Shown here in pieces: positions 51,102 to 59,080 of a DNA stretch of 64,000 nt. The stretch lies in assembly GCA_045546995.1 (NCBI GenBank), contig JAZQDW010000008.1, forward strand, positions 131,253 to 195,252, read 5' to 3'. The first letter of the stretch is position 1. Each line of letters begins with the position of its first letter. The position numbers were made by a program, and so were the translations under genes. The stretch is from Eubacteriales bacterium (lineage in GTDB: Bacteria; Bacillota; Clostridia; Oscillospirales; QAKW01). Under the pieces are notes generated by a model that did not search any database, was not told where the DNA came from, and saw only the letters and a program-made list of their open reading frames with translations.

Positions 51102-52481
51102 ATGGCAAAGGTTAAAAATAAATTTGTTTGCTCAAACTGCGGGTATGAAACCGTGAAGTTTTGGGGTAAATGCCCGAATTGCGGTGAATGGGGCACGCTT
51201 GAGGAGGAAATCGTATCCGAACAAAAAGGCGTAGGTACCAATGCCGCTGCAAACGCAAAAAAGGTTGAGATCACACCGATTTGCGACGTAGACGAAAGCA
51301 TGGGCGAGCGTATGCTTACCGGCTTTAAAGAGTTTGACAGAGTGTTGGGCGGCGGTCTTGTGTTTGGCTCACTTGTACTTGTCGGCGGTGATCCCGGCAT
51401 CGGTAAATCCACTTTGTTGCTGCAGGTTTGTGAAAAATTTGCACAAAGCAAAGAGGTTTATTACGTTTCCGGTGAAGAATCCAAGGGCCAAATCAAGATT
51501 CGTGCCAATCGGCTGGGTGTTTCTTCGCCCAATATCAAATTGATCTCTGAAACCGATATGGATACCATCGTTCAGCTGGTTTTGACCAATCGGCCTGATA
51601 TTCTGGTTATTGACTCAATTCAGACTATGTCCTGCGGTACGGTTTCTTATGCGCCCGGCAGCGCATCACAAATTCGTGAATCAACCGCGGCTCTGATGCG
51701 TCTTGCAAAAGAGCATGGCGTTACGGTTTTTGTGATCGGCCACGTGACAAAAGAAGGATCTCTGGCCGGTCCGAAAATGTTGGAACATATGGTGGATACG
51801 GTTTTGTACTTTGAAGGTGACAAAAACCTGTCATATCGTTTGCTCAGAGCGGTGAAAAACCGTTTTGGCTCCACCAATGAGATCGGTGTGTTTGATATGG
51901 CTGCCGAAGGACTTGTTGAAGTGGACAACCCTTCCAAAATGTTTTTGGAAGGCAGACCGGAGGATGTGCCGGGCTCGTGCGTCACTTGTTTGATTGAAGG
52001 CTCTCGTCCTATATTGGCTGAAATTCAGGCCTTGGTTTCAAAAACCATTTATCCCAATCCACGTAGATTGTCTGCGGGTGTTGACATCAATCGAATGCAT
52101 TTGTTGACGGCGGTTCTTGAAAAACGAGCAAATTATCAGCTGTTTAATCAGGATACTTATCTCAACGTAATCGGTGGCTTTCGCATTGATGAACCCAGCG
52201 CTGATCTGGCAATTGCTGTGGCAATCGCATCCAGTTTGGCAGATTTTGAGATCCCATCGGATATGCTGTTGATTGGTGAGGTTGGGCTTTCCGGTGAGAT
52301 TCGCGCGGTCAACTTTTTGGAAAAACGAATCGACGAGGCGCAAAAGCTTGGCTTTAAAACGGTAATGGTGCCCGGCAGAAACAAAATTAAGGCACGTTAT
52401 GCCGATATTGAGCTGATACAGGTAAAATCGCTTGCGCAGGCAATTCATATTGTAAGGAACAGCAGGGGAGAGAGCAAATGA
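51102..52481 (+). CDS. radA: DNA repair protein RadA/Sms
   Basis: Zinc ribbon CSNCGYE...CPNCGEW, Walker A GDPGIGKST, KNRFG motif, Lon-like C-terminal domain. The ATG at 51102 is preferred over the ORF-track start at 51075. Confidence 0.95.
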   Translation: MAKVKNKFVCSNCGYETVKFWGKCPNCGEWGTLEEEIVSEQKGVGTNAAANAKKVEITPICDVDESMGERMLTGFKEFDRVLGGGLVFGSLVLVGGDPGIGKSTLLLQVCEKFAQSKEVYYVSGEESKGQIKIRANRLGVSSPNIKLISETDMDTIVQLVLTNRPDILVIDSIQTMSCGTVSYAPGSASQIRESTAALMRLAKEHGVTVFVIGHVTKEGSLAGPKMLEHMVDTVLYFEGDKNLSYRLLRAVKNRFGSTNEIGVFDMAAEGLVEVDNPSKMFLEGRPEDVPGSCVTCLIEGSRPILAEIQALVSKTIYPNPRRLSAGVDINRMHLLTAVLEKRANYQLFNQDTYLNVIGGFRIDEPSADLAIAVAIASSLADFEIPSDMLLIGEVGLSGEIRAVNFLEKRIDEAQKLGFKTVMVPGRNKIKARYADIELIQVKSLAQAIHIVRNSRGESK

Positions 52482-54439
52482 GTTTTTCTGTTACAAAAAA
52501 CAAAATCAAATGGATACTTCTGTCGCTGTTTACACTGATTATGGCGTTTTTGGGGATTTTTAACGACCTGGTTGCATTTGCCCGCAATAAATGGATCGGC
52601 CTTGCTATAGTATTATTTTTGTTTTTGGTTTTAGCGGCGTTACTGGTGTTTGATATCCGATTTGGCAAACGTGCCAATTTGGCGCTGACCGTAACCGCTT
52701 GTTTTGCCGTTCCGCTGGTTTCTTTTGAATGTGTTGAATTGCTGCAGAATTCGGCGTTTGTGTCCGGCGTCGGCGCTTTTTTTGCCAATTTGTGTATATA
52801 TATTGGCATGTTTTTGTTGATTGCCGCCGTATCCACACAGGTGAAATACGCTGTGTTTATTGCGATGCCTATCTATGTGTTGATTGGTTTGGTCAATCAT
52901 TACGTTCTTGCTTTCCGCGGCACGCCGATGCAGCCCTGGGATATCGCTGCGGCAAAAACAGCGATGAACGTCATTGACAATTTTATTTTTACGGTGGATG
53001 AGTTTGTTTTGTCATCTATTCTTTTGACCGCCGTTCTGATTTGTTTAGCGGCGTCGCTTGAAAAGATTGAGTTTGACAAAAAACAGCGACTTATTGTCAC
53101 TGTTTCTGCTGTCTGTGTGGCTTTGTTGTTGACTGGCATACCGTATTATTTTATTCAGGATAACCGCGGCAAATTTCATAAAGACGTTTGGAATCAAACG
53201 GTCAGCAGTGAAAGAAACGGTTACGTTGTAAACTTCCTTTTAAACCTTCAAACGATGAACAACACGCCACCGGAGGGGTATTCTGTTGATGCGGTAAATG
53301 ATTTGCTTGCCGGGTACGAAACAGATTATTCTGCTAAGAAAAAGCCTAACGTTATTGCGATTATGAATGAGGCATTTGCCGATTTGAACGCTGTAAATGA
53401 TCTTGCGCTGGAACAGGACTATATGCCTTTTGTGCGTTCGTTGCAAGGGGCGGAAAATGCTGTTACCGGCACGCTGGACGTTTCTGTATTCGGCGGTGGC
53501 ACTTGTAATACAGAGTACGAGTTTTTGACATCTAACGTCAGTTCTATGCTTCGTGTCGGTAGCTATCCGATGCAGCAGTTTGTAAATACCGAGTCGGTTT
53601 CGATCGCTTCCAATTTGAGATCCCTCGGATATAAAACGGTTGGACTGCATCCGTATTACGGCTCCGGCTGGAACCGATCCAGAGCTTATCCGCTACTGGG
53701 GTTTGATCAGTTTATCACCATTGATGATTTTGCAGAGGATACGGGCAAAATACGCGAATATGTATCGGATGAAGCTTGTTATGAAAAGATCATAGAGGTA
53801 TTTGATCAAACGCAGGAGCCGCTGTTTTTGTTTGCCGTAACTATGCAAAATCACGGTGGATATGAAACGGCGTGGGACGATATGCCGGATGACGTTTCGT
53901 TTGCAAAAGAAAATGAGTGCGAGCAAACGGATCGTTATCTTGAACTTGCTAAATTGACAGACGAGGCGACGCGTAAGCTTATAGAATATATCGATAATAG
54001 CGATAGCGAAACGATAGTGCTGTTTTTTGGCGATCATCAGCCGAGTCTGGGTGACGAATACGGCAAGCTGTTTCCAGTGACCACGACAGGCGAGCTGAGC
54101 GGTGCGGTTAAAAAATATCAAGTGCCGTTTTTTATCTGGGCAAATTATGATATCGCCGAAGAACAGCTGGATTATATCAGTCCGAATTATCTGGCGCCGT
54201 TATTGATTGAAAAGGCCGGTTTACCGCAAACAGCGTATTATAAGTATCTAAATGATTTAAAGGAAAATATTCCAACGATCACAGCTATGGCATACAGAGA
54301 CGCAAAAGGAAATTTGTTTGATGCAAATAAACCTGATGCAGAGAATGGCGTGTTGATCAATCAGTATGATATGCTGCAGTACAATAACGTATTTGATAAA
54401 AAGAATTTGTCTCAATCAAAGTTTAAGTATTATTATTAA
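52478..54439 (+). CDS. LTA synthase family protein (polytopic N-terminus plus extracytoplasmic sulfatase/phosphoglycerol-transferase domain)
   Basis: About 5 TM helices followed by a sulfatase-fold domain (NVIAIMNEAF, GGTCNTEYEFLTS, FFGDHQPS). Confidence 0.8.
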   Translation: MSFSVTKNKIKWILLSLFTLIMAFLGIFNDLVAFARNKWIGLAIVLFLFLVLAALLVFDIRFGKRANLALTVTACFAVPLVSFECVELLQNSAFVSGVGAFFANLCIYIGMFLLIAAVSTQVKYAVFIAMPIYVLIGLVNHYVLAFRGTPMQPWDIAAAKTAMNVIDNFIFTVDEFVLSSILLTAVLICLAASLEKIEFDKKQRLIVTVSAVCVALLLTGIPYYFIQDNRGKFHKDVWNQTVSSERNGYVVNFLLNLQTMNNTPPEGYSVDAVNDLLAGYETDYSAKKKPNVIAIMNEAFADLNAVNDLALEQDYMPFVRSLQGAENAVTGTLDVSVFGGGTCNTEYEFLTSNVSSMLRVGSYPMQQFVNTESVSIASNLRSLGYKTVGLHPYYGSGWNRSRAYPLLGFDQFITIDDFAEDTGKIREYVSDEACYEKIIEVFDQTQEPLFLFAVTMQNHGGYETAWDDMPDDVSFAKENECEQTDRYLELAKLTDEATRKLIEYIDNSDSETIVLFFGDHQPSLGDEYGKLFPVTTTGELSGAVKKYQVPFFIWANYDIAEEQLDYISPNYLAPLLIEKAGLPQTAYYKYLNDLKENIPTITAMAYRDAKGNLFDANKPDAENGVLINQYDMLQYNNVFDKKNLSQSKFKYYY

Positions 54440-54512
54440 AACAATTGGTTATGGGGATTAAATCATCATAAATGCCGCTTTTAGGCTTATTTTTTGGTTT
54501 ACCCCTTCCCTT

Positions 54513-54542
54513 AATTATACATAATATTTATTATGTATAATT
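54513..54542. repeat. Perfect 30-bp palindrome (14-bp arms, 2-nt centre) with a dif-like core
   Basis: The sequence is AATTATACATAATA TT TATTATGTATAATT. All 14 arm positions are complementary. It can be read as 11-6-11: ATTATACATAA / TATTTA / TTATGTATAAT (54514-54541). It contains TATAAT at 54536-54541. Confidence 0.9.
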
Positions 54543-54602
54543 GCGTGTATCGATTTGTCCCCCTTGCGTTTGGTAAATGTTTTGCGGAAATGAGGTGTAT
54601 GG

Positions 54603-55598
54603 ATGCAAAAATATACTGATATTCCCCAGGTTGTTCGTGATTTTTTGATGTATATTCAAATTGCGCGTGGCGAAAGCAAGGTTACCTGCGATGATTATTA
54701 TTTTGATCTTCGCACCTTTTTCAGATATATGAAGATGGTTAAATGCGGCATTGAAGATCCGTTTGAAACGATCGACATTACCGATATTGACGTATCGTTC
54801 ATCAAGACGATCACCTTGTCTGACGTATATGAGTTTTTGTTTTATCTTCGTGAGGTCAGAAACAATCATTCATCACGCTCGATCAACCGACGGATTTCCT
54901 GCTTGCGTACTTTTTATAAGTTTTTATTACGCAAGGATTTGATTTCGACCAATCCAATTGAAGATCTCGAATCCCCTGCCCTTTCCAAGGAACTGCCAAA
55001 GCATCTTGATTTAGCGCAAAGCAAGGCTTTGCTTGAAAGTGTGGATGGGCCGAATAAGTTGCGCGATTTTTGCATTCTGACGATTTTTTTGAATTGCGGT
55101 CTGCGTCTTTCGGAACTTGTCAATTTAAATCTTTCGGATATCCGCAGTGATTTCGTTGTAATCAACGGCAAAGGTAATAAACAGCGCAATATATATCTTA
55201 ATGATGCCTGCCGCGATGCAATAGAAGCTTATTTAAAGGTGCGTCCGGTGGATGGTGTAAAAGACAGAGATGCGCTTTTTATCAGTCGTAATCGTAATCG
55301 TATTAGTCCCAAAACGGTGCAGTGGCTGGTAAAAAAGCATTTATCTGCTGCCGGTTTGACCGAGCCGGGGCTTTCTACCCATAAATTGCGGCATACCGCC
55401 GCAACTCTGATGCATCGGCATGGCAAGGTGGACGTTCGTGTACTGCAAAAGGTGCTGGGACACGAAAATCTTGGAACAACACAGATTTATACACACGTTG
55501 ATGACGATCAGGTGCGTGATGCAGCAATGTCCAATCCCCTTGCGAACGTCAAGCGCAAAAAGGACAAGCGGCAGGATGACGGCGCTGATGATCAATAA
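54603..55598 (+). CDS. Tyrosine recombinase, Xer family (XerC-like, atypically long)
   Basis: All six catalytic positions are present: R (GLRLSEL), K (GKGNKQR), H-x-x-R (HKLRH), H (LGH) and Y (IYTHV). At 331 aa it is longer than the ~300 aa of XerC/D, owing to an N-domain insertion and a charged C-terminal tail. Confidence 0.85.
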   Translation: MQKYTDIPQVVRDFLMYIQIARGESKVTCDDYYFDLRTFFRYMKMVKCGIEDPFETIDITDIDVSFIKTITLSDVYEFLFYLREVRNNHSSRSINRRISCLRTFYKFLLRKDLISTNPIEDLESPALSKELPKHLDLAQSKALLESVDGPNKLRDFCILTIFLNCGLRLSELVNLNLSDIRSDFVVINGKGNKQRNIYLNDACRDAIEAYLKVRPVDGVKDRDALFISRNRNRISPKTVQWLVKKHLSAAGLTEPGLSTHKLRHTAATLMHRHGKVDVRVLQKVLGHENLGTTQIYTHVDDDQVRDAAMSNPLANVKRKKDKRQDDGADDQ

Positions 55599-55638
55599 AT
55601 TGTTGTTTCGGCAGAACGGTTTGAATCTCACGTTTAAA

Positions 55639-55687
55639 TAAAAAAAGAGCGTTGCTTTGTAAATACATAAGCAACGCTCTTTTTTTA
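55639..55687. terminator. Bidirectional intrinsic terminator at the convergence point
   Basis: AAAAAAA, 12-bp stem AGAGCGTTGCTT / AAGCAACGCTCT, then TTTTTTT. It lies between the Xer gene (+) and yesL (-). Confidence 0.85.
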
Positions 55688-56413
55688 TTCTTCGTCTTCT
55701 TCCGGCTGTACTTCGATTCGTTCGCCGGTATTGGGGTCTACGTTATCAATCATAAAACGTTTGATCAGCGGATAAGTGATAAAAGTGATGATATATCCGC
55801 AGGTGGCAAAATAGCAACAAAAGTATACGATCCATACAATGGACGGCGTGAGCATAAACCACGTAAATACGTATGTTATTCCCCCGATGATCAGTGTGAT
55901 GCCGATGTTGCGAATAATGCCGGCCCAGGCAAAAATGAAAGCATTTTTAAACAGTTGCAAAATGGTCAGCCTGAAGGTGATCATCATCGTGTATATATAG
56001 TAGTTCATAAACAGCCAAACTATGGCAGTTAGTCCTATTAGACAAACGTAAATTACGTGTGCGCCGTTGGCCCAGAAAAACCAAAAATCATATATCAGAA
56101 GCGCCCAAACAAAAATATTGATCAGCCCGACAATAAACGCCTGCTTGAAATTATTTTTAAAGGTTTCCCAAAAGTCGCCCCAAATGAATGCGTGCTCTCG
56201 TCTGGACCAGTTGCGCAGTATTTTTGTAAGTCCTGCGGTGGCGGGGCCGATAGTTATAATAGGCAAGCAAAATGCCATGTACAATAAGTTGACCAGGATC
56301 AGCGACCAGAATCGTGTGCCGTAAATGCGAAAAAATTGGATAAAGGCAGGCGCATTCGCCTGTTCTTTGCTGATACCGTGCCCTTCTTTAGTATATTGTG
56401 AAAACAAACCCAT
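55685..56413 (-). CDS. YesL family (DUF624) membrane protein
   Basis: 242 aa. The N-terminal segment FIQFFRIYGTRFWSLILVNLLYMAFCLPIITIGPATAGL is typical of DUF624. It starts 11 nt after the xerD-like stop. Confidence 0.7.
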   Translation of the reverse strand: MGLFSQYTKEGHGISKEQANAPAFIQFFRIYGTRFWSLILVNLLYMAFCLPIITIGPATAGLTKILRNWSRREHAFIWGDFWETFKNNFKQAFIVGLINIFVWALLIYDFWFFWANGAHVIYVCLIGLTAIVWLFMNYYIYTMMITFRLTILQLFKNAFIFAWAGIIRNIGITLIIGGITYVFTWFMLTPSIVWIVYFCCYFATCGYIITFITYPLIKRFMIDNVDPNTGERIEVQPEEDEE

Positions 56414-56424
56414 AAAAGTACCTC

Positions 56425-57324
56425 TTATCTTAATTTTGCACGCGGATGGCAGTGTTCATACACATTCATATATTGCTTTTTGAGCACTTTTGCATAAACC
56501 TTTGTTGACGTGATGGTGCTGTGTCCAAGCATATCTTTAATGGTATTCAGATCTGCGCCGTTTTTAAGCAAATGAGTTGCAAAGGAATGGCGAAGCGTGA
56601 TCGGCGTAATATCTTTTTCGATCTTTGCGCTTTTTGTATAGGCTTTGATAATTTTCCAAAAGCCCTGTCGGCTCATAGCTTGTCCGGTGGCGTTTAAAAA
56701 CAAGGCATCGCTGGGCGTTTCGTCTCTGTGAAAACTTGGACGGGCAAACTCGACATAATCACTGATCGCTTTGACTGCCAGCTGATATAACGGGATAAAG
56801 CGCTCTTTTTTTGTGTGCTGACCCGTAATGATGTATCCAACGTCCAAATTCACATCGTGAATGCTCAACGCGATCAGTTCGCTGACGCGCATTCCGGTGG
56901 CATATAAAACCTCAAGCATTGCTTTATCTCGTTTGCCTTTGGCTGTCATTAAATTGGGCTGGATCAGCAGGGCCTCCACTTCTTCATCTGTCATTACGTT
57001 GGGCAATTTATGTACCGCTTTTTTGTTTTTAATGCCGATGGTGGGATCAAAGGTGATTTGCTTGGATGTGATCATATATTTGAAAAAGGTCCGCAAGCAA
57101 GAAAGATTTCGTGCGATAGTAGCATCCGAAAGCTTCTCTTTATGCAGCAGATTCAAATATTTTTCTATCAGTTTTGCATCAACCTCGGTGATAGATTCGA
57201 TTCCGGAGGAACGGACGAATACCATGAACTGATGTATATCGTGCTTGTAAGATTGTAGCGTACTGTCCGAAACCTTTTTGCGGCTTTTCAGATAATTGCA
57301 AAATTTTGTGAACAGTTCTTCCAT
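56425..57324 (-). CDS. xerD: XerD-like tyrosine recombinase homolog with a non-canonical box II (Ile instead of His)
   Basis: 299 aa. R (ATGMRVSEL), K (TKKER), R-H (TLRHSFATHLL), H (LGH) and Y (VYAKV) are present. The usual P-H-T-L-R reads P-I-T-L-R, with the ATC codon at 56599-56601. spoIIM-xerD synteny as in Bacillus. Confidence 0.8.
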   Translation of the reverse strand: MEELFTKFCNYLKSRKKVSDSTLQSYKHDIHQFMVFVRSSGIESITEVDAKLIEKYLNLLHKEKLSDATIARNLSCLRTFFKYMITSKQITFDPTIGIKNKKAVHKLPNVMTDEEVEALLIQPNLMTAKGKRDKAMLEVLYATGMRVSELIALSIHDVNLDVGYIITGQHTKKERFIPLYQLAVKAISDYVEFARPSFHRDETPSDALFLNATGQAMSRQGFWKIIKAYTKSAKIEKDITPITLRHSFATHLLKNGADLNTIKDMLGHSTITSTKVYAKVLKKQYMNVYEHCHPRAKLR

Positions 57325-57350
57325 GGTTGTCCCCTCCTTTTTTGAAAAAT

Positions 57351-57917
57351 TTAAAATAAACTACCGTAAATCAACGGTACGATATATGATTCGATCAAGG
57401 CGCCAAGCGTCGTAATGATAAAGCAAATGATATAGGCTCGTTTATCTGTCGGAACTGCCCTGCCGTGCCTGCCACGGTTGGTGGAATTAGCGGCAATTTC
57501 CAGGGAAATTTGCGCCGCCAAGCACAGGGAAACTACATATAGAATATTTGGTGGAAACAGCAAAAGCGTGATATGCTTAATCCCCTGCGCTCTGTATATT
57601 GAGGCGAAAACAGAGGCGACGGCACCAATACTGAAACCTTTGTAGTAAAGGATGATCAAATTTCCGAATTTACCGAACGGTATGGCGGTAAAAACAATCA
57701 TAATTGCCAGCCAAAAGTATTCCTGCAATATAAGCTTCAATATGCGCCAACCACTTCCAAAGGAAAAATAATTATCCAGAATGGCAGAGAAACGCTCAAT
57801 GAGTTCTGCTGGCGAGAGCATCAAAAAGAATGATGCTGTAATTATCCCGGCAAGCAGAATCGTTGAATTGACCAAAAAACATTTTTTAGAAATTTTAAAT
57901 TGAAATCGTACGGACAT
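57351..57917 (-). CDS. spoIIM: Stage II sporulation protein M
   Basis: A protein of about 188 aa with 5 TM helices. It lies upstream of xerD, as in B. subtilis (spoIIM-fur-ripX). I use the ATG at 57917, 5 nt after GGAGGTG, rather than the ORF-track start at 57983. Confidence 0.7.
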   Translation of the reverse strand: MSVRFQFKISKKCFLVNSTILLAGIITASFFLMLSPAELIERFSAILDNYFSFGSGWRILKLILQEYFWLAIMIVFTAIPFGKFGNLIILYYKGFSIGAVASVFASIYRAQGIKHITLLLFPPNILYVVSLCLAAQISLEIAANSTNRGRHGRAVPTDKRAYIICFIITTLGALIESYIVPLIYGSLF

Positions 57918-57934
57918 GCACACACCTCCGATAA

Positions 57935-57963
57935 AGTGTATGCACCCTGAAATATAAATATGA
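57935..57963 (-). promoter_or_regulatory. sigma-E-type sporulation promoter for spoIIM
   Basis: On the minus strand: TCATATT, 14-nt spacer, CATACACT. This matches the B. subtilis sigma-E consensus (ATATT - ~14 nt - CATACA-T), and spoIIM is sigma-E dependent in B. subtilis. Confidence 0.5.
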
Positions 57964-57985
57964 AAAATGTTAATCGGTGCCAAAA

Positions 57986-57996
57986 ATTATGTAAAC
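57986..57996 (+). repeat. Copy 1 of the ATTATGTAAAC motif (dif XerD-arm-like half-site)
   Basis: Reads ATTATGTAAAC(G), preceded by CAAAA. Confidence 0.85.
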
Positions 57997-58015
57997 GGTT
58001 TTTGGCGGCTTATAT

Positions 58016-58044
58016 ATGATACAATACTTTAAATCAATTTGCAA
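58016..58044 (-). promoter_or_regulatory. Candidate sigma-A promoter upstream of spoIIM/xerD-like/yesL
   Basis: On the minus strand: TTGCAA, 17-nt spacer, TATCAT. Confidence 0.4.
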
Positions 58045-58103
58045 GCACAATTTTTATAAAATTTAATCTTTGTAACATCTTACAAAAATGTTGTTAAAAA
58101 TCA

Positions 58104-58114
58104 ATTATGTAAAC
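58104..58114 (+). repeat. Copy 2 of the ATTATGTAAAC motif
   Basis: Reads ATTATGTAAAC(C), with an A-run upstream. It lies 23 bp from copy 3. Confidence 0.85.
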
Positions 58115-58126
58115 CGAACAAAAATG

Positions 58127-58137
58127 ATTATGTAAAC
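58127..58137 (+). repeat. Copy 3 of the ATTATGTAAAC motif
   Basis: Reads ATTATGTAAAC(C). As a 12-mer it is identical to copy 2. Confidence 0.85.
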
Positions 58138-58150
58138 CTGATTTTGCTGA

Positions 58151-58202
58151 TAAAAAAACAACATATGGGCGACCGTAGTTGACGATTTTACCACATGTTG
58201 TT
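58151..58202 (-). terminator. Candidate terminator after the 141-aa membrane protein gene
   Basis: On the minus strand: 12-bp stem AACAACATGTGG / CCATATGTTGTT with one G-T pair and a large 22-nt loop, followed by TTTTTTT. Confidence 0.45.
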
Positions 58203-58236
58203 CTTTTATAAAATGCAAGTGTTTTTTTCTTTTAAA

Positions 58237-58662
58237 TCATTTTTTGGTTATTTTGACCAATTGTTTCTGCGGTTTTGTTTTTTGATTTGCACTGAAGAAT
58301 CCTCCGATCAAGCTACAGCATAAAACACAGGGATAAATCCAGATATTTCTCGTTCCTCCCCCGCCGCTTGTTATCAAAAGAATTATTTTGATGGTCATAA
58401 ATACGATTGCGGTTATACCACTGCAGATCAGCCCTTTCATTTTACTCATTTTACAAAAAATATAGGAGCAGATCAGTGACGCTAAAGAATAAAAAATCAC
58501 CAGTATGAATTGAATAACGTGTTCTTCCAACGACCATTTCATATGGATCAATGCCAAAAGGGCGATTAAAACGATCAGTATTCCCAGTCCGATCAACCAG
58601 GAAAGCAGAAACTTTAATAATACCCGCGTTGCTTTCGTTTGAATAAAATTATCCCGTTTCAC
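58237..58662 (-). CDS. Small integral membrane protein (4 TM helices), possibly of the TIGR04086 type often found next to yajC
   Basis: 141 aa. GTG start 4 nt after GAGGTGA. It has four hydrophobic helices. The family assignment is from memory of gene neighbourhoods only. Confidence 0.5.
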   Translation of the reverse strand: MKRDNFIQTKATRVLLKFLLSWLIGLGILIVLIALLALIHMKWSLEEHVIQFILVIFYSLASLICSYIFCKMSKMKGLICSGITAIVFMTIKIILLITSGGGGTRNIWIYPCVLCCSLIGGFFSANQKTKPQKQLVKITKK

Positions 58663-58707
58663 AGTATCACCTCGTGATATTCTATGAAACGGGATAAGAT
58701 TTTATTA

Positions 58708-59016
58708 TTATTTTTCCTCTTCTTTTGCAATGACGGCCCATCTTTTAAATTTAAGACGGGTTTTGTCGGCGCCGGTTTCCAGAGTGATGCTCTCGGGATC
58801 TTTGACGGAAATGACCTTACCGGTGATGCCGCATTCGGTTACAACGTTGTCACCAACCTCAAGGTTGTTGCGCAGTTCCTTCATTTGTTTTTCGCGCTTT
58901 TTTTGAGAACGAGTCATAAAGAACATCATCAAACCAAACAATGCGATCATAATTATGATTTGGATGATGCCGCCGCCGCTGGCGGCGCCTTGCTCTGCTG
59001 CTGCGTATGCAAACAT
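58708..59016 (-). CDS. yajC: Preprotein translocase subunit YajC
   Basis: 102 aa. One TM helix followed by RSQKKREKQMKEL...LEVGDNVVTECGITGKVISV, typical of YajC. Lies downstream of tgt. Confidence 0.9.
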   Translation of the reverse strand: MFAYAAAEQGAASGGGIIQIIIMIALFGLMMFFMTRSQKKREKQMKELRNNLEVGDNVVTECGITGKVISVKDPESITLETGADKTRLKFKRWAVIAKEEEK

Positions 59017-59080
59017 AGTAAATATACCTCCAAAATGTTATTTTCTTAATAATACTGTAAATTTATGAAAAAATCAAGAG

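Noticed and set aside
54513-54542. The AT-only palindrome, considered as the intrinsic terminator of the LtaS-like gene.
   Set aside because: The stem is almost entirely A-T with a 2-nt centre, and it is not followed by a T-tract (GCGTGTATCG follows). It lies 74 nt past the stop codon. That makes it a poor rho-independent terminator.
55652-56324. Plus-strand ORFs 55652-56032, 56057-56287 and 56067-56324 (also 58684-59049), considered as possible small genes in the convergent region.
   Set aside because: They are fully antisense to yesL (and to yajC) and have no RBS. The first would begin inside the bidirectional terminator. The minus-strand proteins have clear family signatures.
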